This document shows positions 43,996 through 59,369 of a stretch of DNA of 64,000 nucleotides, piece by piece. The translations under genes were made by a program, and so were the position numbers. The first letter of the stretch is position 1. Each line of letters begins with the position of its first letter. This DNA is from Chrysomallon squamiferum (lineage: Eukaryota; Animalia; Mollusca). The notes below the pieces were generated by a model. The model ran no database searches, was not told the DNA's origin, and worked only from the letters and a program-made list of their open reading frames with translations. The DNA is taken from positions 11,532,001 to 11,596,000 of the forward strand of contig CM022668.1 of assembly GCA_012295275.1 (NCBI GenBank), read 5' to 3'.

Positions 43996-44103
43996 GCCAG
44001 AAAGAGAGAGAGTATAAGTTAATATCCTTATTTTTATTTATTTATTTTTTATTTTATTATCATCATCATCATCATCATTCTTCTTCTTCTTCTTCTTCTT
44101 CTT

Positions 44104-44178
<75 letters not shown>

Positions 44179-45312
44179 GATGTTTTAAGTTATATACGAT
44201 AACTGTATTCGCATTTTAAAAAACTGAATAAAAATCAATATTTATACTTTTTTATTTGTTTTTTTTTTTTTTTTTTTTCTTTTAAATGTTATAATGAATG
44301 GAGGTTGTCATGCGATTCTAATTGCTCATTTGAACAAAATGGAGATGGGGGCAGGAGGTATGAAAATGTCTTTCACTCCTACTTTATCGTTATATAATGG
44401 AAGTTGAAGTAGATGATACTTAAAGGGCTAAAAAGAGGCGGAGGTGATCTTGGGTCGTTTGCGGTTCTTCTGCGATTACCATTCGACCACAGCACTCGGT
44501 GACTTCCAGGTGTGTTTCACTTCAAAGACGAAGAAGAAGAAGAAAATAATAATAATAATAAAAAAAAAGAAAATCATTTTTATTATGATATAAATCATTA
44601 ATCTTATTTGTCAATAAAGTCCATGGTTCCACCGTCATCAATCTTGGCTTGTCATTCCTGAATCAAGCGCGCGAGCACGCGCACAATGGCGCGCGAGGAA
44701 CTCTTCAATGAAAGACAATGAAACCGAGGCGAGACTGAGAGACGAAACTCGGGTGTTAAAGGAGTTACGGGTGGCCAGAATGGACGTTTTGTACGATAAA
44801 AAGGCGAATAAATTTTTGCAAATACACCCAATGCCCTTTTTTCTTACAAAGCGACTTTCACCGAACCGCGCATGTTCTTTGTCGCTTTAATACCGTCGTT
44901 CAGTGTTATCGGCGCATACATTAATGTGCATAATCATTTGTATCCTTAATGTACGTGATCGCTAAATACGAAATATTCGATATAAATATATTCGTACCCA
45001 CTGACCCTGTAGGTCGTACCCAACTGACCGACCGAACTGTTAATTTTGGCGTAACCGGTTTTTTTTTTATGTTTTACCCCGACTGCACGTAATCTAAGAC
45101 TATGGCCAGGCCATGTTTCGACAACGTTTAAACTTAAATGTTCCTGTGATGGTACAAATAAATGGTCTAATGCAAAATTGTTAATACTGTTGTTATTATC
45201 GCTCACAACAAACTGTTAAGTAATAAAGTCCTAAAACGTGAACGCGGCCATTTTGTTTTTCCTCTTGATAACGTGACATTATCGTTAACAAGATGTACTT
45301 AAGATGGCGGCT

Positions 45313-45359
<47 letters not shown>

Positions 45360-45629
45360 CGTTTTCTGTTGAGACAAGAAGAAATATATGTAATGACTTC
45401 ACGACTCCCAAGAAAACTTTTTTTTATTTATAACAGTTTTAATAGTTTGTTTTCAGCTGCTGTGTTGTCATAATTACAGACATATCTGGATCATTAATTT
45501 TTAATTATAAATTATTTTTTTGTATTTATTTTTTGTATTTATTTAATTTAATTTTATTTAATTATATTTTATTTTATTTTATTTCAATTAATTATTTTTT
45601 GTTTTGTTTTATTTTATTTTATTTTTTTA

Positions 45630-45672
<43 letters not shown>

Positions 45673-46057
45673 TTGTTTTGTTTTGTTTTGCTTTGTTTAT
45701 GTTTTGTTTTACTTTCCAGACTTAAGAACGAATGAGACGAAAAGAGAAAATATAAAATACATAAAATTATAATACCACTTTCGCAACAACATATTTCAGA
45801 CACTATAAGCTAACAATATAAAATCTAATCATTTAATAATTAACCTCTTTTCTGAAATACAAATTTGAAATCTTAATTATCTGATTGTTCCAGCTACGAT
45901 CTCAGTAGTTAAACGTAACGCTTGGTTACAATGGAAGTCTGGATCGATTTCATTTGGTACGTCTGCTGCCTATTTTCCGGTTTCAACAACTGTTCCATAG
46001 TAATATATGGTGAAATGTTCCACTCTGCCTCTGGGTTCGCATAATGTAGAGACAGAC

Positions 46058-46168
<111 letters not shown>

Positions 46169-46234
46169 ACATATACAGATTTCTATACATAAATACACAT
46201 ATGCATACATACAAGCATAAATGCAAACATTTAT

Positions 46235-46286
<52 letters not shown>

Positions 46287-46333
46287 AGGACAATATGATA
46301 TCTGCGCGCCTTTTATACGAATCTTCATCTGCG

Positions 46334-46381
<48 letters not shown>

Positions 46382-46390
46382 TACTATTAC

Positions 46391-46432
<42 letters not shown>

Positions 46433-46593
46433 TATTACTATTACTATTACTATTACTATTACTATTATTATCATCAAATACACACAAACAAGAAACGGGC
46501 AATGAACTGACGGCCCTTGCGACCTTGCCTGAGATTTCTTTTCAAAAGTCACGTTCCCAAAACCGTGATACGATCATCGAGTCACGCAAATAC

Positions 46594-46624
<31 letters not shown>

Positions 46625-46739
46625 TGTATGTATGTATGTATGTATGTATGTATGTATGTTTAGGATTTTGAATATTTTCTGTCAAATGTACGTCTGAACA
46701 GACTCTGCACCTAGACAATATTCCGGAAAGCTTAAACCC

Positions 46740-46821
46740 GGTCATATGCCGCTGACGAGACTTGAACGTATGGCACCCATACTCCCGCACTCCGAAGGCG
46801 GACGATGTTACCGCTCGGCCA
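46740..46821 (-). mobile_element. tRNA-derived SINE head
   Basis: Minus strand A-box TGGCCGAGCGG and B-box-like GTTCAAGTC; no full cloverleaf; continues into SINE body shared with 35606. Confidence 0.6.
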
Positions 46822-46842
46822 AATAGATAATATATATATGTA

Positions 46843-47562
46843 CAGTGGTACCTCGTGTTACGAATGCCCCAACTTACGAGTTACAAGCGTTTTGCTTTGA
46901 GTTGCGAGCAAAACTCCGAGTTACGAGCGAGCTTCAGATACGCCGCCGCTAGTTGGCACAACGAACAACACAACGTCCACCCAGCATCCCGCGTCTCACT
47001 CGTTTGCTTCACTCTGTTGTGTTGTGCTCGCGTCTTGTGCAGTATTTTGCCAAATTTCCATGGATCCTAAGAGAGTGAGTGCAAAGGACAGTGCTGAGAA
47101 GAAGAAGCGGATGTTGTCGACTGAATTAAAGCATGAAATCATAGAAAAACAACAGCGAGGTCTGCGTGTAGTCAACATGGCTAGACAGTACGAGCGCTGT
47201 ACTTTTACGATATGTACCTTACCGAAGCAGAAGGAGTTGATACACGCTATGACTCCAGCCAAAGGCTTTAAAATATTTCACTGCGATGGAGAAACCCTAA
47301 CCCTGTACACTTTACAAAACCAATTTATTTCTTTACATTCTCTTTTATTTTGTTTTTTATACAATATCTGTCATTTATACATACGTTTTTCTTACCTAAA
47401 AACACGTTACAACAAAAATTGGGTGGTTTTGGGGGTGGGTTCTGGAACGGATTAATGGTATTTGAATTAATTTCATTTGGGAAAATTGATTTGATATAGA
47501 AGCAAATCAGACTTACGAGCTCGGTCACGAACGAATTAAACTCGTAAGTCAAGGTACCACTA
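46843..47562 (+). mobile_element. Internally deleted Tigger/pogo (Tc1/mariner superfamily) DNA transposon
   Basis: TA-flanked TIRs CAGTGGTACCTCG...TTACGA / TCGTAA...AGGTACCACT(A). From 47060, MDPKRVSAKDSAEKKKRMLSTELKHEIIEKQQRGLRVVNMARQYER...TICTL resembles the N-terminal CENP-B/psq-type HTH of Tigger transposases; DDE domain absent. Confidence 0.88.
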
Positions 47563-47879
47563 TATATATATATTTATGTTGGTGTATATGTATGTATGTA
47601 TAGACCACACGTAGATACACATACACGCACACATACATACAGACATACATGGATACATACATACATGTAGGTAGGTACATTAGCGGTCTATTAAATATAT
47701 GACTGCTATGAGTATACTGTCGAAAACGAAATTCATTTTTTCTGAAAATAGGTATTGTGCGTTATAAACATTTGAATTTTTAGTTATGAATTATTTCTAT
47801 TGGTTTTGCCGAAGAAGGAAGGATGTGTTTACTGAAAGAGGTTCTGAAGGCTATTTTGTTTTTTATTGACTGTAGCCAG

Positions 47880-48147
<268 letters not shown>

Positions 48148-48163
48148 AGAGAGAGAGAGAGAA

Positions 48164-48202
<39 letters not shown>

Positions 48203-48211
48203 GAGAGAGAG

Positions 48212-48279
<68 letters not shown>

Positions 48280-49413
48280 GAGAGAGAGAACAGAGAGAGA
48301 GAGAGAGAACGAGAGAGAGAGAACAGAGAGAGAGAACGAGAGAGAGAGAGCGAAACAGAAATTCAGAAAGCGAGAGACAGAGAGAGAAAGACAGAAACAG
48401 AAAGAAAGATAGACAGAGAGAGAAAGACAAAGAGATAGACAGACAGAGAGAGAAAACGAGACATAGACAGAGAGAGAAAGACAGAAAGAGAGAGAGAGAT
48501 AAACATAAATAGAGAGAGGTTGTTTTTGCTGTTAATCTTCATATTCATCTTCTTCTTCTTTTTCCTTCTTCTTCTTCTTATTGTTATTATTTACTTACAC
48601 ACATACACAAATCCACACACACACACACACACACACATACACACATATATATTTATACATGCATGAAAATGTATTGACAGACAGACAGACAGACAAACTG
48701 ACGTATATGAGAACATTCTAAGTGTGTCTGTAAAAACATTTTACATAAACAGACAGAGACCGACTGACAGATAACCGCAGAAAGCTGACGTACAGACATC
48801 AAGTTGTAAATACGTTAGAATTAACTGCCTGTTCGTTTTCGTTTCTCGTTCGTTTATCTCCGTCTTGTTTCGCCAGCTTCGAGGCGGAAACATCGACAGA
48901 AGACATATTGGATGAAGATCACACGTCACGCCTAGGGAAATTGAAACAATCCCGAAGAAGGAAATTGTCAGTTCTGTTAAAGCCGTCTTCAAAAGACGGA
49001 TCACTCGCGCTGACCGCTCGAACGTGATTTTAAACGCGATTTGAAAATCGAGTAGGAAACAGTTTATTCGACGTGTCCTTTACGTCGGCAGTTCGCCAAG
49101 TTATGTTAGTCATAAAAAATGTCTTTTTGATTTAGCGGCTGAAGTTCGTTTTATCTTCTTCTTTCTCTCTTTATTCTGTTTTCACCATCTTTGTTTCGTC
49201 GTCTTTTTTATTCTTTGTTCTTTCCCAGTTTCCTTGTTTACGATTTAAAATTATTTGTCCTTTTTTTTTTTTTTCTTTGATATATTTTCTTCTTCTATAC
49301 TTTCCCTTCTTATTATTTATTATTTTTATTTTAATTTTTTTTTTCTGTTATTTTAAAATGTCACATATTTTCTATGCGTTTTCCGTTACAATAAATTTAA
49401 ATTATATAATTAT

Positions 49414-49491
<78 letters not shown>

Positions 49492-49700
49492 ACATAAATG
49501 TATACACCTGTTGCTTCTACAGTTACAACTACTTTTACTATTATTGTTTTACAGCAATGTGTAAAATGAGAACACACTTAGCATACACAAAAAAAAATAT
49601 ACCAGAAGGAAACAATTGTAAGCAGACCTTGCATTCAGCCGCTGGTTTCCCCAGAAACCTTGTTTGAAATCCAGAATTCAAGACACTGTTTATAACTAAC

Positions 49701-49729
<29 letters not shown>

Positions 49730-49736
<7 letters not shown>

Positions 49737-50510
49737 CCACCCCGGCAACGACCTGGGAGTGGGTGGATACGGGGGAGGGGGGTGGAGGGAGGACACGAGG
49801 GCGGGTTTCAACTCAAGCATTCGTCTTTAATCGTAATCGTAATATTACAATTTCGCCCCTTTGCATTTCTCTCTCGTCTGCATAGTGTTTTTTTTTTTCT
49901 TCTTCTTCTTCTTTTTTTTCAGTCGGGTATTTCAAGATTTATGCGCGGAATAACACCACACTCGTTGGTTTTTTTTTTTTTTTTTTCATCAAAGAGCTCC
50001 CCGCTTTTCTGCAAGTTACCAGATCAAAGCGCAAGGTAAAGTAGCGGCTCTCGATGCTCAAAAACGTGGAAAAAATCGACGGGCTTTGAACGGGCGTTTC
50101 CGACTTTGCGATCAAAGCGAACGCTTCGCTCGTGTTTGCTTTCAATACCAGCCAAATGTCCGCAAGTTAACACTCCATCCGTTTGAGTACGGAGATTTAG
50201 AACTTTTGCGTTTTCAAAAAAAGAAAAAGAAAAAAGGTAAATAAAGAAGAAAAGAAATAAAAACGACAGAAGTTTATTACAGACGGAGGAGGGGGAGGAG
50301 GAGGAGGGGGGGTGGGACGCGCACGCGCGCGCGCTAGCAGACTTCACGAGGCCTTGCTAAGGAGGAGAACCAGTCGACGGATATCTGTTACTCCGCCTAG
50401 CGGTCACGCCCTGGCTATGAGAACATAATCCACTTCCGCTTTTATTGAGTTTAAAATATAATCTCGGGGGGGAAATGGGAATTTCAAAGAAAGCTGCTTT
50501 GATGGGATGA
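49730..50510. promoter_or_regulatory. Candidate distal Wnt/TCF enhancer 3' of Sp5
   Basis: TCF motifs at 49988, 50023, 50084, 50111, 50483 and 50497, plus G-rich boxes, in a CpG-rich island. Confidence 0.55.
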
Positions 50511-50824
50511 ATATTTTGGCTTAACGGTTTTTGAGACAGACTAGAAATTTTCGCTGAATAATAACAAAGAAAGAAACTTAGCATAAAATGCTGCCAACGG
50601 AAACGTTTTTCAGCATTTACGTTATTTATTTATTTATTTATTTATTGTTGTTGTTGTTGCTGCTGCTGCTGCTGCTATTACCGTTGTTATTAATGTTGTT
50701 GTTGATGTTGTTGTTATTATTATTATTAAAATTGTTATTACTGATGTTGTTATTGTTATTATTATTGTTACTGTTGTTACTATTGTTATGATTATGGTTA
50801 CTGCTGCTGTTATTGTTGTTGTTG

Positions 50825-50868
<44 letters not shown>

Positions 50869-51527
50869 AAAATTGTTATTATCGTTGTCGTCGTCATTAT
50901 TCATTCATTCATTCATTTTTTCCTTTGATCACACGAAGACACTTGTTAATTTTACAACGTCATTGTAAGACAGTAACATAACACATGCACAAATGAATGA
51001 ATGAATTACGGATGAATAAACAAATGAATGAAGATGAGTTATAAAAAAAAAAATTAAAAAAATTAAAAAAAATTCAGAAGCGAAAAATCTGCCACATGCT
51101 CTCTCCACAGACCACACATAATTTAGCTTTGTTTATTTGTTTGTTTTATCTTGTTTGTTTTCTAATTTATCTTTCTAAAACTAAGACGACATCTTCACGA
51201 ACTAGATTTTGAATGGTAAACTGCTTAACTCTTTAAACCGAGCCAGTACATTTAAAAAGCAAACGACGTAGCATTTATAAATATTTTATTTCTATTTTCG
51301 TGTGTATTATGGTAACGATGATGATGATGATGATTATGATGATTATTATTAGTATTATCATCATTATCATGATAATCATCATTTTTAAGCTGCTTTGTAT
51401 TATATCAAGATTGATTACATGACATTATTGTTGTCGTTTTGGTTATTGTTCTGGTTTTTCTGATTATTATTATTATTATTGTTGTTTTTGTTATTGTTGC
51501 GTTTTTATTGTTGAATTTGTTGTTTTA

Positions 51528-51564
<37 letters not shown>

Positions 51565-52172
51565 TCTTATAATACATTAAATTATGTTATAAAACTATAC
51601 GTTGTTGCTTCTTTTTTTTTTCGAGTTAAATCTGTAACCTCAAAGGAGCCCCACATAACAAAGGAAACATTTTGCTGTAAATCAGTTTCTGATCACGTTT
51701 AAGTGAAACAAGTTTCAAATGTTTGTCATGTGTTAATAACGTCACTTACCAATCACTTACAGCCTGCCTTTGCCTCATTTTATTTGTTTGGTTGTTTGTT
51801 TGTGTTATTAATTATTATTATTATTATTATTTTTATTTTTGGTTATGATTTTTTGTATTTTTAGTTGTTTTTTTAATTGCTTACTCAAATACATAAAATT
51901 AACCTAAATATATATATATATATTTTTAATTTGTTTAATTTGTTTTTAAATTCTTAATTAAATTTTTTTTTTATTTTTAATTAGTACTTGCAGTCTTGTT
52001 AATAAAAAATAAAATAAAAAAGTCAAACTATATTAATTTTCTAAAAATGTTTCTTACATAACAGACAAGTATTTTAAGGTACTTAAAATATATATAAGAA
52101 ACATTTTGAGAAAACTAACATATTTTGACTTTTTTATTTTTGTTTTTTTATTAACTAGATTGCAAGTAATAA

Positions 52173-52218
<46 letters not shown>

Positions 52219-52471
52219 TGTGTATGGGTTCGCGTGTGTACGTGTGTATGTGGCAACACTGTGAAATATACATATATGGATTAGCTGAATATTTGACTCG
52301 TCATAAAAATACAAATAAATATCTCTAATGACACCCCAATCTACGACATGACGTCACAATTACTGTAACGTGTGCGGTGTGTACATATCTTCTACAGTAA
52401 ACAGTTTCATTGTCATAATTTGTTAATATCAAAGAATTGTCTCGAGACACTATAATAAAAATAACAATAAA

Positions 52472-52499
<28 letters not shown>

Positions 52500-52524
<25 letters not shown>

Positions 52525-52940
52525 AGAAGAAGAAAAAGAAAAAGATCAGTTCAGTAATAAAACTACGTAAAAACTGTGTAACAAAATTTGGCCCATTCTC
52601 TAATATTCTGTCAAGTATGTGTTATACGTAGTCGCACATCAGAGACTTGGTACGCCATTACTGATGTATTGGTCTGGGATTTAACTCGACTGGTGTGCTT
52701 GGTTCGCAGGATCAAATCTCGTGGATGGACCTGATTCAATTTAAGCCCTCCCACCGAACCACTGCTACAAGTCTGATGTTCCAAAGTCCGTAGATGTGTA
52801 TGTGTATCTGTATGCGTGTGTACGTTCGTGCGTATGCCTGTCTGTGTGTATGTGTGCGTATTTACTCCATATAAAGAACTTGTAGTACAATATCTAAATT
52901 CGCTCTATAAATCTCAGACAATGTAATATATCTCCATCCA

Positions 52941-53021
<81 letters not shown>

Positions 53022-53197
53022 ATAATACTAATAATAATATACACATACGTACACATATTCATATATTCATGCAAATGAATATCCATATAAATACATGCAT
53101 GTATATGCATACATGAAACAGTATCCGACTAACCGAATAAAGACGGTCAAGAATTATTGTTGTCATGGATACTCTAATATAATGACCATTCAGTATC

Positions 53198-53234
<37 letters not shown>

Positions 53235-53282
53235 CCGCGCGTAAACGATTTCAAGTATTTGACATAATATGTATGTGTTAGT

Positions 53283-53316
<34 letters not shown>

Positions 53317-53649
53317 ATCTTTTTAATCTGAGCTGAAAAATAAAAATTATTTATGTCTGTGTATGCATGATTATATGCTGTTGCTATGGATACAGGAACT
53401 CATTTAAACGTCATTTAGTAACCTATATATATATATACACAAACACACACATATATATATATAGCTGTGTGTTTATTTGTGTGTGTTTTGACGTGGACAT
53501 AACCCAAAGCTGCTCTGTTGCGATAGATACCGTTACTAATATTTTTCAATGGGATGGTATCAGGTAACCTACGAAATAATATTAGTAAACGTATCCATAA
53601 CAACAGAGCAGGTTTTGGTTATGAATATGATTAAGTAATATATATATAT

Positions 53650-53694
<45 letters not shown>

Positions 53695-54086
53695 TGCGTG
53701 TATGTGTGTGCGTGCGTGTGTGTGCATCTTATAAATAATAACTATATTTATAATTGTAAATAATTAATATAGTAATAACATGATGGATATGATGATGACG
53801 ATAATGAAATAAATATTAATATTAATATTAACAAGCAAAAATGTAAAATACAATAGAATGACATATAACTTTTAAAGGCCTCTTTATATTTTTAATGTTT
53901 TAATTTTAGATTTTTTTTTTTTTTTTTTTTGGCTTTCAAGTTTCTGTAAGCCTGATAAATGGTTCGGTACCTGCATATTATAATCTATCTTTTATAACGA
54001 AAATATATTTACACTGGCATGAAATATTTATCAGCTGAAGTATTTTTCTGTGCGTTTAATTCCTCTGTTCAGATTAAAAACACAGA

Positions 54087-54138
<52 letters not shown>

Positions 54139-54832
54139 TCATAGATACAGTAACATGTTATTGCCTGTAAATTAAATGAAACTGTACTTCAATCTCATTC
54201 TCACTGCTTCTTCAGAAAAGCAAAATGGTGGATTTAAATTTATTTTATATGCAAAAATCAAACGAGCTGACGTCATGGTCTACTACTAAGTCTTTTTAGA
54301 AACAAATAGCTTTAAATAACTGTATTTTCTATTTTAACTACATCTAAACATGTGTGTGTGTGTTCTCCAACTTTATATATACGGCCATAACTTGACTCTT
54401 TTTGAAATGAGGCAAAAACACTTAATCAGTTAATTAAGCTCCGATGTGAAAGAAAGCAAAATCTTCGATTCTAGCCATTTATATTTTATATTTTTAAAGA
54501 AAATCTTTGTATTAAAAACAAAAAATCAACAAACAAAAACGTAAATTTCCTCATTTGCCTCAATGTAGTTACAGCCATGTTATATATATATATATATATA
54601 TACCATGGCTGTATCTATATATATATAGATGTATACAATGCATGGATATTAAATGTTTGTCTATGTCTGTTCAGCGTACTGTCTGTTCTGTATCGAACGT
54701 TACAAGTATGTTCTGAAAAGCAAAATAAACTGTGAGAAAGAGGTTTTTGTACATCAGATCCTAAGTGCATTGGTAGCCGATTTCTTTTATGCTATATTAT
54801 AAATTTAAAAACTAACTAACTAACTAACTAAA

Positions 54833-54863
<31 letters not shown>

Positions 54864-54866
54864 TAG

Positions 54867-54923
<57 letters not shown>

Positions 54924-55107
54924 GTTATGACCTCTCTCTTTTTGTTTTTGCTGTCATTTAATTTAATTATATATTTATTTCATTTTTATCTTTAAAGTGA
55001 GAGGAGGTGGGTTTTGTTAACTGGTATTTTTATTTTTTATTTTATTTTATTTTTTAAATGTTATATCTTATTTAACTTTATTTATTGAATGGTTTTCTTT
55101 TTTTAAT

Positions 55108-55155
<48 letters not shown>

Positions 55156-55610
55156 TTTTTTTTTTTTTTATTTAATGGTGTTTTTCTGTTTTGTTGTTTG
55201 TTTTTTTTTTTTATCTTGTGGGGTCTTGTTAGGTGGGGTATATAGTCCTGCTAGGGCTTTGTCCTGTACAGTTTTGTTCAGACAGATGTTATCTAATAAT
55301 AATGTTCCAGTCTCGGTGCTGTATCACTGTTAAATAAAAATAATATTCTTTTAGTTTTCGTCCTGTATATTAAACTTTACAGAGATTCATTAAATACGTA
55401 TTGTAAGAATTCTAAGTGGGAATAATCAAATATATTCTGCTGCAGAAGAATATTAATTTGCATAGTTTCATTCATTACTTTATATATATATACACATATA
55501 TATATATATATATATTCAGCTATACACAGAAATCTAGCAAATCTAGAAATCGAGATCACTTCAGGTCCCATGCTTGTTGGATAAATAAATGGTACTATAA
55601 CAAATATGAA

Positions 55611-55664
<54 letters not shown>

Positions 55665-55911
55665 TTTAATAATTTGCAATAACAAAAATCTGTGTATGAC
55701 GCTGAATTAATTTTGAACTTAAATGTATAAAATGAAAAAGCCATTTTTAAAAATACAGCTTCTGAATGGAAAACTGTTATGCTGATGTCGTTTTGGTACA
55801 TCAATAATGGCACGCCATGCCTTTAAAATGTTCGACAACGTATAATGCATACTTGACAGAATATTACAGAATGGGCCAAATTTTGTTACTGAATTATCTT
55901 CTTCTTTTTCT

Positions 55912-55940
<29 letters not shown>
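52500..55940. repeat. Pair of diverged ~150-bp inverted repeats (52500-52668 and 55797-55940)
   Basis: gtaacaaaatttggcccattctctaatattctgtcaagtatg versus catacttgacagaatattacagaatgggccaaattttgttac. Confidence 0.75.
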
Positions 55941-55942
<2 letters not shown>

Positions 55943-56166
55943 ACATCATAAGAGTTCATAAGAATCTTCAAACACCAGACGCAACACACTCTATAAATAA
56001 AACAAAACTCCGAGATATTTCATTTGCAAACATGCTTTTATTTTTTTTTAATTTTTTTTTTTTTTATTTTTACAGATAAAAATATGGGAACACATTTAAA
56101 AAATAAAACCTGGAATGAAAATGACTAGAAAGAATTATGTAACATGATCGTGCATTGTTGAATGAA

Positions 56167-56207
<41 letters not shown>

Positions 56208-56974
56208 GAGGATTATTAAATGTGGCATGATTTTAGGGGGTTTTTTTTGTTTGTTTTTTTGGTTAAGAGCTAGCTAGATACACGGAGCTTAAGCAATTTT
56301 CTTCCATACAGTAAGATTTTTATAGTCTTCATAGAATGCAGAATAATGATGAAGAAGAACGAGTAAGTACATGGGATAAGAGAAAGAACGTGAATAAGTA
56401 GAAAGGTGAATAAAAGGTGAATAACGAAAAAAAAGAAGGACGCGTGTAAGAGTAACGTCAATATGGAGAAGAACATGAATAATAACGTGAATAAGAAGAA
56501 AATAAAAGGAACCTGAATACGGAGAAGAATGTGAATAAAAAAAAAAAAAAAAATATGAAAAAGACGAACGTGGATTAGGAGATGAACGTGAATAGCAAAG
56601 AATTTAAGAAGAAGATGACGACGATGATGAAGATGATGAAGAAAAGGAAGAAGAACTAGTTTAAAAGTGCTCAGTTAATGCTGAATGTTTCATAAAATGA
56701 AGAAGCTCAGCATGAAAATTAAAATAAAATTCGAATGACCGGATTTCTAAATAACTGTGCTGCCAGTTACGAACATATAGCATTGGCGAATATATATATA
56801 TATGTATGTATGTATAAAAAGATTAAAAAAACAGTCAAACTGAAGTAGGAAAATAATAATGTAATTTATCCTTTCAGTCACATTTTTTTCTAATTAGTAC
56901 GTAAACCCTTTAAAAATATATATTTAAAAAAAAAAATTTAAAAGATAATTTTTTTTTTAACACGATATTTTAAT

Positions 56975-57025
<51 letters not shown>

Positions 57026-57805
57026 CAATCACTAAAGAGAATATAAAGAAAGAACGAAAGAAAAGTGAAGAAAGAAAACCAAAGCATGAAAGCCGTAAGC
57101 TACAGAGGTCAAGTGAAACGTGAATGCAGACCAGACTTACTAATGCATGGATGATGATGTTGCATTACAAGCCGTATTATTTACTCTAGTGAATAATCTC
57201 TGCATTAAACTGCCCTATAACATTAGTAACAACATAAAATAATACATTCCGTCACAAACTACGTCATCAGTATACGTCAGAAACAACCCCATTTTTTTTT
57301 TTCTTTTTTTTTTTTGAGCTACCGTGTGATTTATTACGTCATTACATTATGACGTAATTCGTTTGTAACATTCACTTTATCTAGCAGCGACAAAAAAAAA
57401 AAAAAAAAATACAACAAAACAAATGGTTTTTGAAGCACAGTGGAATAGTAGTAGTAAGCAAATATCGAAAAGTGAGCAAAACGTAATTCTGGCCGTGTTC
57501 GTTTGGAGCAAAAAAAAAAAAAAAGATTACTCGTTTTGAAAACTGTCTTTCAATGGATGAAGGCTATACGGGTACCTGGTTTATTACATAGTTAAACCTT
57601 TTCCTGGGTAACTGGTTCAGGTGTCGACAACCAGTTGAAAGGCAGTTATAGCAAAGAACCATGTTCGATTATGAACACTGAATACCACATGTAAACTAAA
57701 TCTGGTTTTGGTTATGCGGTAGTATGCTGCAATCGAATACGGCCTTGATTTACAAACGTGGGAATGACTGAAAAATTATATGCAACAAGTATCAAACGAC
57801 AATGT

Positions 57806-57841
<36 letters not shown>

Positions 57842-58353
57842 TAATAATAATAATAATAATGTCAATGAAGTAACATTTAAAAATCACTGCAATCATCATT
57901 TTATGAATATTCAATACCTGACAACAATAATAATAATAATAATATACATTTCGTTATAGATTTTTGTAGGCTATTAATGTGGTGGTTTAATTTTTCTGCA
58001 TTTAATAATAATAACTATGTATAATACTATATATACATATACATATAAATTATCTTAACAATGACGGTTAAAATAATGACAATAATAAAAATATTTACTT
58101 GAATGAACCAAATAAATTAATAAATGAGTATTCAAAGTATCCAAAGGCAAATTCTTTCAAACATATGGCTTTAAACAATTGTAAACATTTTACACTGAAA
58201 TACATGTAATAATTATTTCGTCTGATAAAATGTAATAATGCTAAAGCAACATTCACTTTAAAATCTTCCTTTAAAACAACAACAAAAAAAGTTGGCAAAC
58301 AAATAAAAATAAGAATGAATTTAGAAATGTATCTTTAAAAAAATAAAAAAAAA

Positions 58354-58411
<58 letters not shown>

Positions 58412-58609
58412 TACTGAGCAAATTAAATCAAAAATCAAAAAATATATAAATTTAATTTAAAATCTAAAAACAATGGGAATGAAATAAAAACCAAACTGAA
58501 TTTAAAAAAAAAAAAAAAAATAAAATAAGAAACCCAACTGATTTTAATTTTAAAATAATCTTTAACAAAATCTAAAAATCCAAAATGAACTAGAAAAAAA
58601 AAAAAAAAA

Positions 58610-58640
<31 letters not shown>

Positions 58641-59331
58641 AAACAATTCTGAGATTTGCTCACAAAAGATTTAAAAATAAATAAATAAATACATTTTAAA
58701 ATTCTTTTTTAAAATGATAACAATGTTAATTTATCAATACATTGCACAGGATTTCTGAATCCATTAGTCACAATATTTTATAATTTTATTTTTCTTTTTT
58801 ACTTAAAAAAAAAAAAAGAAGAAAATAAAACAAAATAATATTAATGACTTAAATATCAATTATATAACTATTAACAGATTGGAGATATACACAGTTTTGT
58901 GCTAAAAGCATTAATTACAATAAATACTGCAATCTAACTTAAGTTAAATTAACAGAATCTATTTACAAACTGACCTGACACAGTTTAAAATAAATAATCA
59001 GATTAGATTAGATTTGAAAATTAAAAAATTAATAATAATAATAAAACAATTTTAATTTATTTTTTTTTTTTTTTTTTTTAAAATGGACAAAAATAAAATG
59101 TTGTAAGTAACCTAGCACCATGTGAAAATACCAAAATTGTTTCTAAAATTTAAATTAATAAAAATTAAAATAAAATAAAATGAAATAAAATAAAATAAAA
59201 TAAAATAAAATGTTTAAAGTAATAAAGAAAATAAATAAAATATAACAAAAAGTTACATTTTGAGAGAGCAAGAAAATTAAAATTAAAATATAACAACAAC
59301 AATAATAATAATAATAAAAAAAAAAAAAAAA

Positions 59332-59369
<38 letters not shown>

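Noticed and set aside
46740-46821. Possible tRNA gene
   Set aside because: A/B boxes are present, but no acceptor stem or cloverleaf could be built and it runs into a repeat body; SINE head.
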